The position numbers were made by a program, and so were the translations under genes. Of a stretch of DNA of 64,000 bases, positions 63,273 through 64,000 are shown in pieces. Within the stretch, counting starts at the first letter, position 1; each line of letters starts with the position of its first letter. The stretch is from Eledone cirrhosa (lineage: Eukaryota), in assembly GCA_964016885.1 (NCBI GenBank), contig OZ024741.1, positions 145,700,001 to 145,764,000 of the forward strand, read 5' to 3'. Under the pieces are notes generated by a model. It saw nothing but the letters and a program-made list of their open reading frames with translations, had not been told where the DNA came from and made no database searches.

Positions 63273-63330
63273 AACGAACATATATATATATATATGTTCA
63301 GTTTTGTAATTTTATAATATATATATATAT

Positions 63331-63384
63331 ATCATCATCATCATCATCATCATTTTACGTCCGCTCTTTCCTGCTTGCAAGGGT
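63331..63384 (-). mobile_element. RTE extreme 3' end inside (TA)n
   Basis: (cat)n-tttacgtccg..tgcttgcaaggg. Confidence 0.75.
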
Positions 63385-63392
63385 ATATATAT

Positions 63393-64000
<608 letters not shown>

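Overview
AT-rich eukaryotic DNA made almost entirely of transposable elements and microsatellites, with no confidently identifiable host gene. The repeat mix resembles a cephalopod (octopus-like) genome; that assignment is inference. Contents: many RTE-clade LINE copies with (GAT)n tails, including a young copy with a ~930-codon open ORF and a PHD-like C4HC3 finger after the RT; a decayed full-length L1/Tx1-type element plus tandem 3' fragments; four R4/Dong-type and one CRE-type restriction-like-endonuclease LINE remnants; at least five Penelope-like (GIY-YIG) remnants; two tRNA-headed SINE families; a non-autonomous Helitron; TTAA and Tc1/mariner-type MITEs; and long (TA)n tracts. The main signal invisible in the ORF track is a set of about ten type I hammerhead ribozyme folds. 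Several sit in small non-coding fold-back units next to (TA)n tracts, which look like Penelope pseudo-LTR or retrozyme-like mini-elements. One SINE family also shares its 3' tail with the Tx1 element. All folds and alignments were done by eye and boundaries are approximate.
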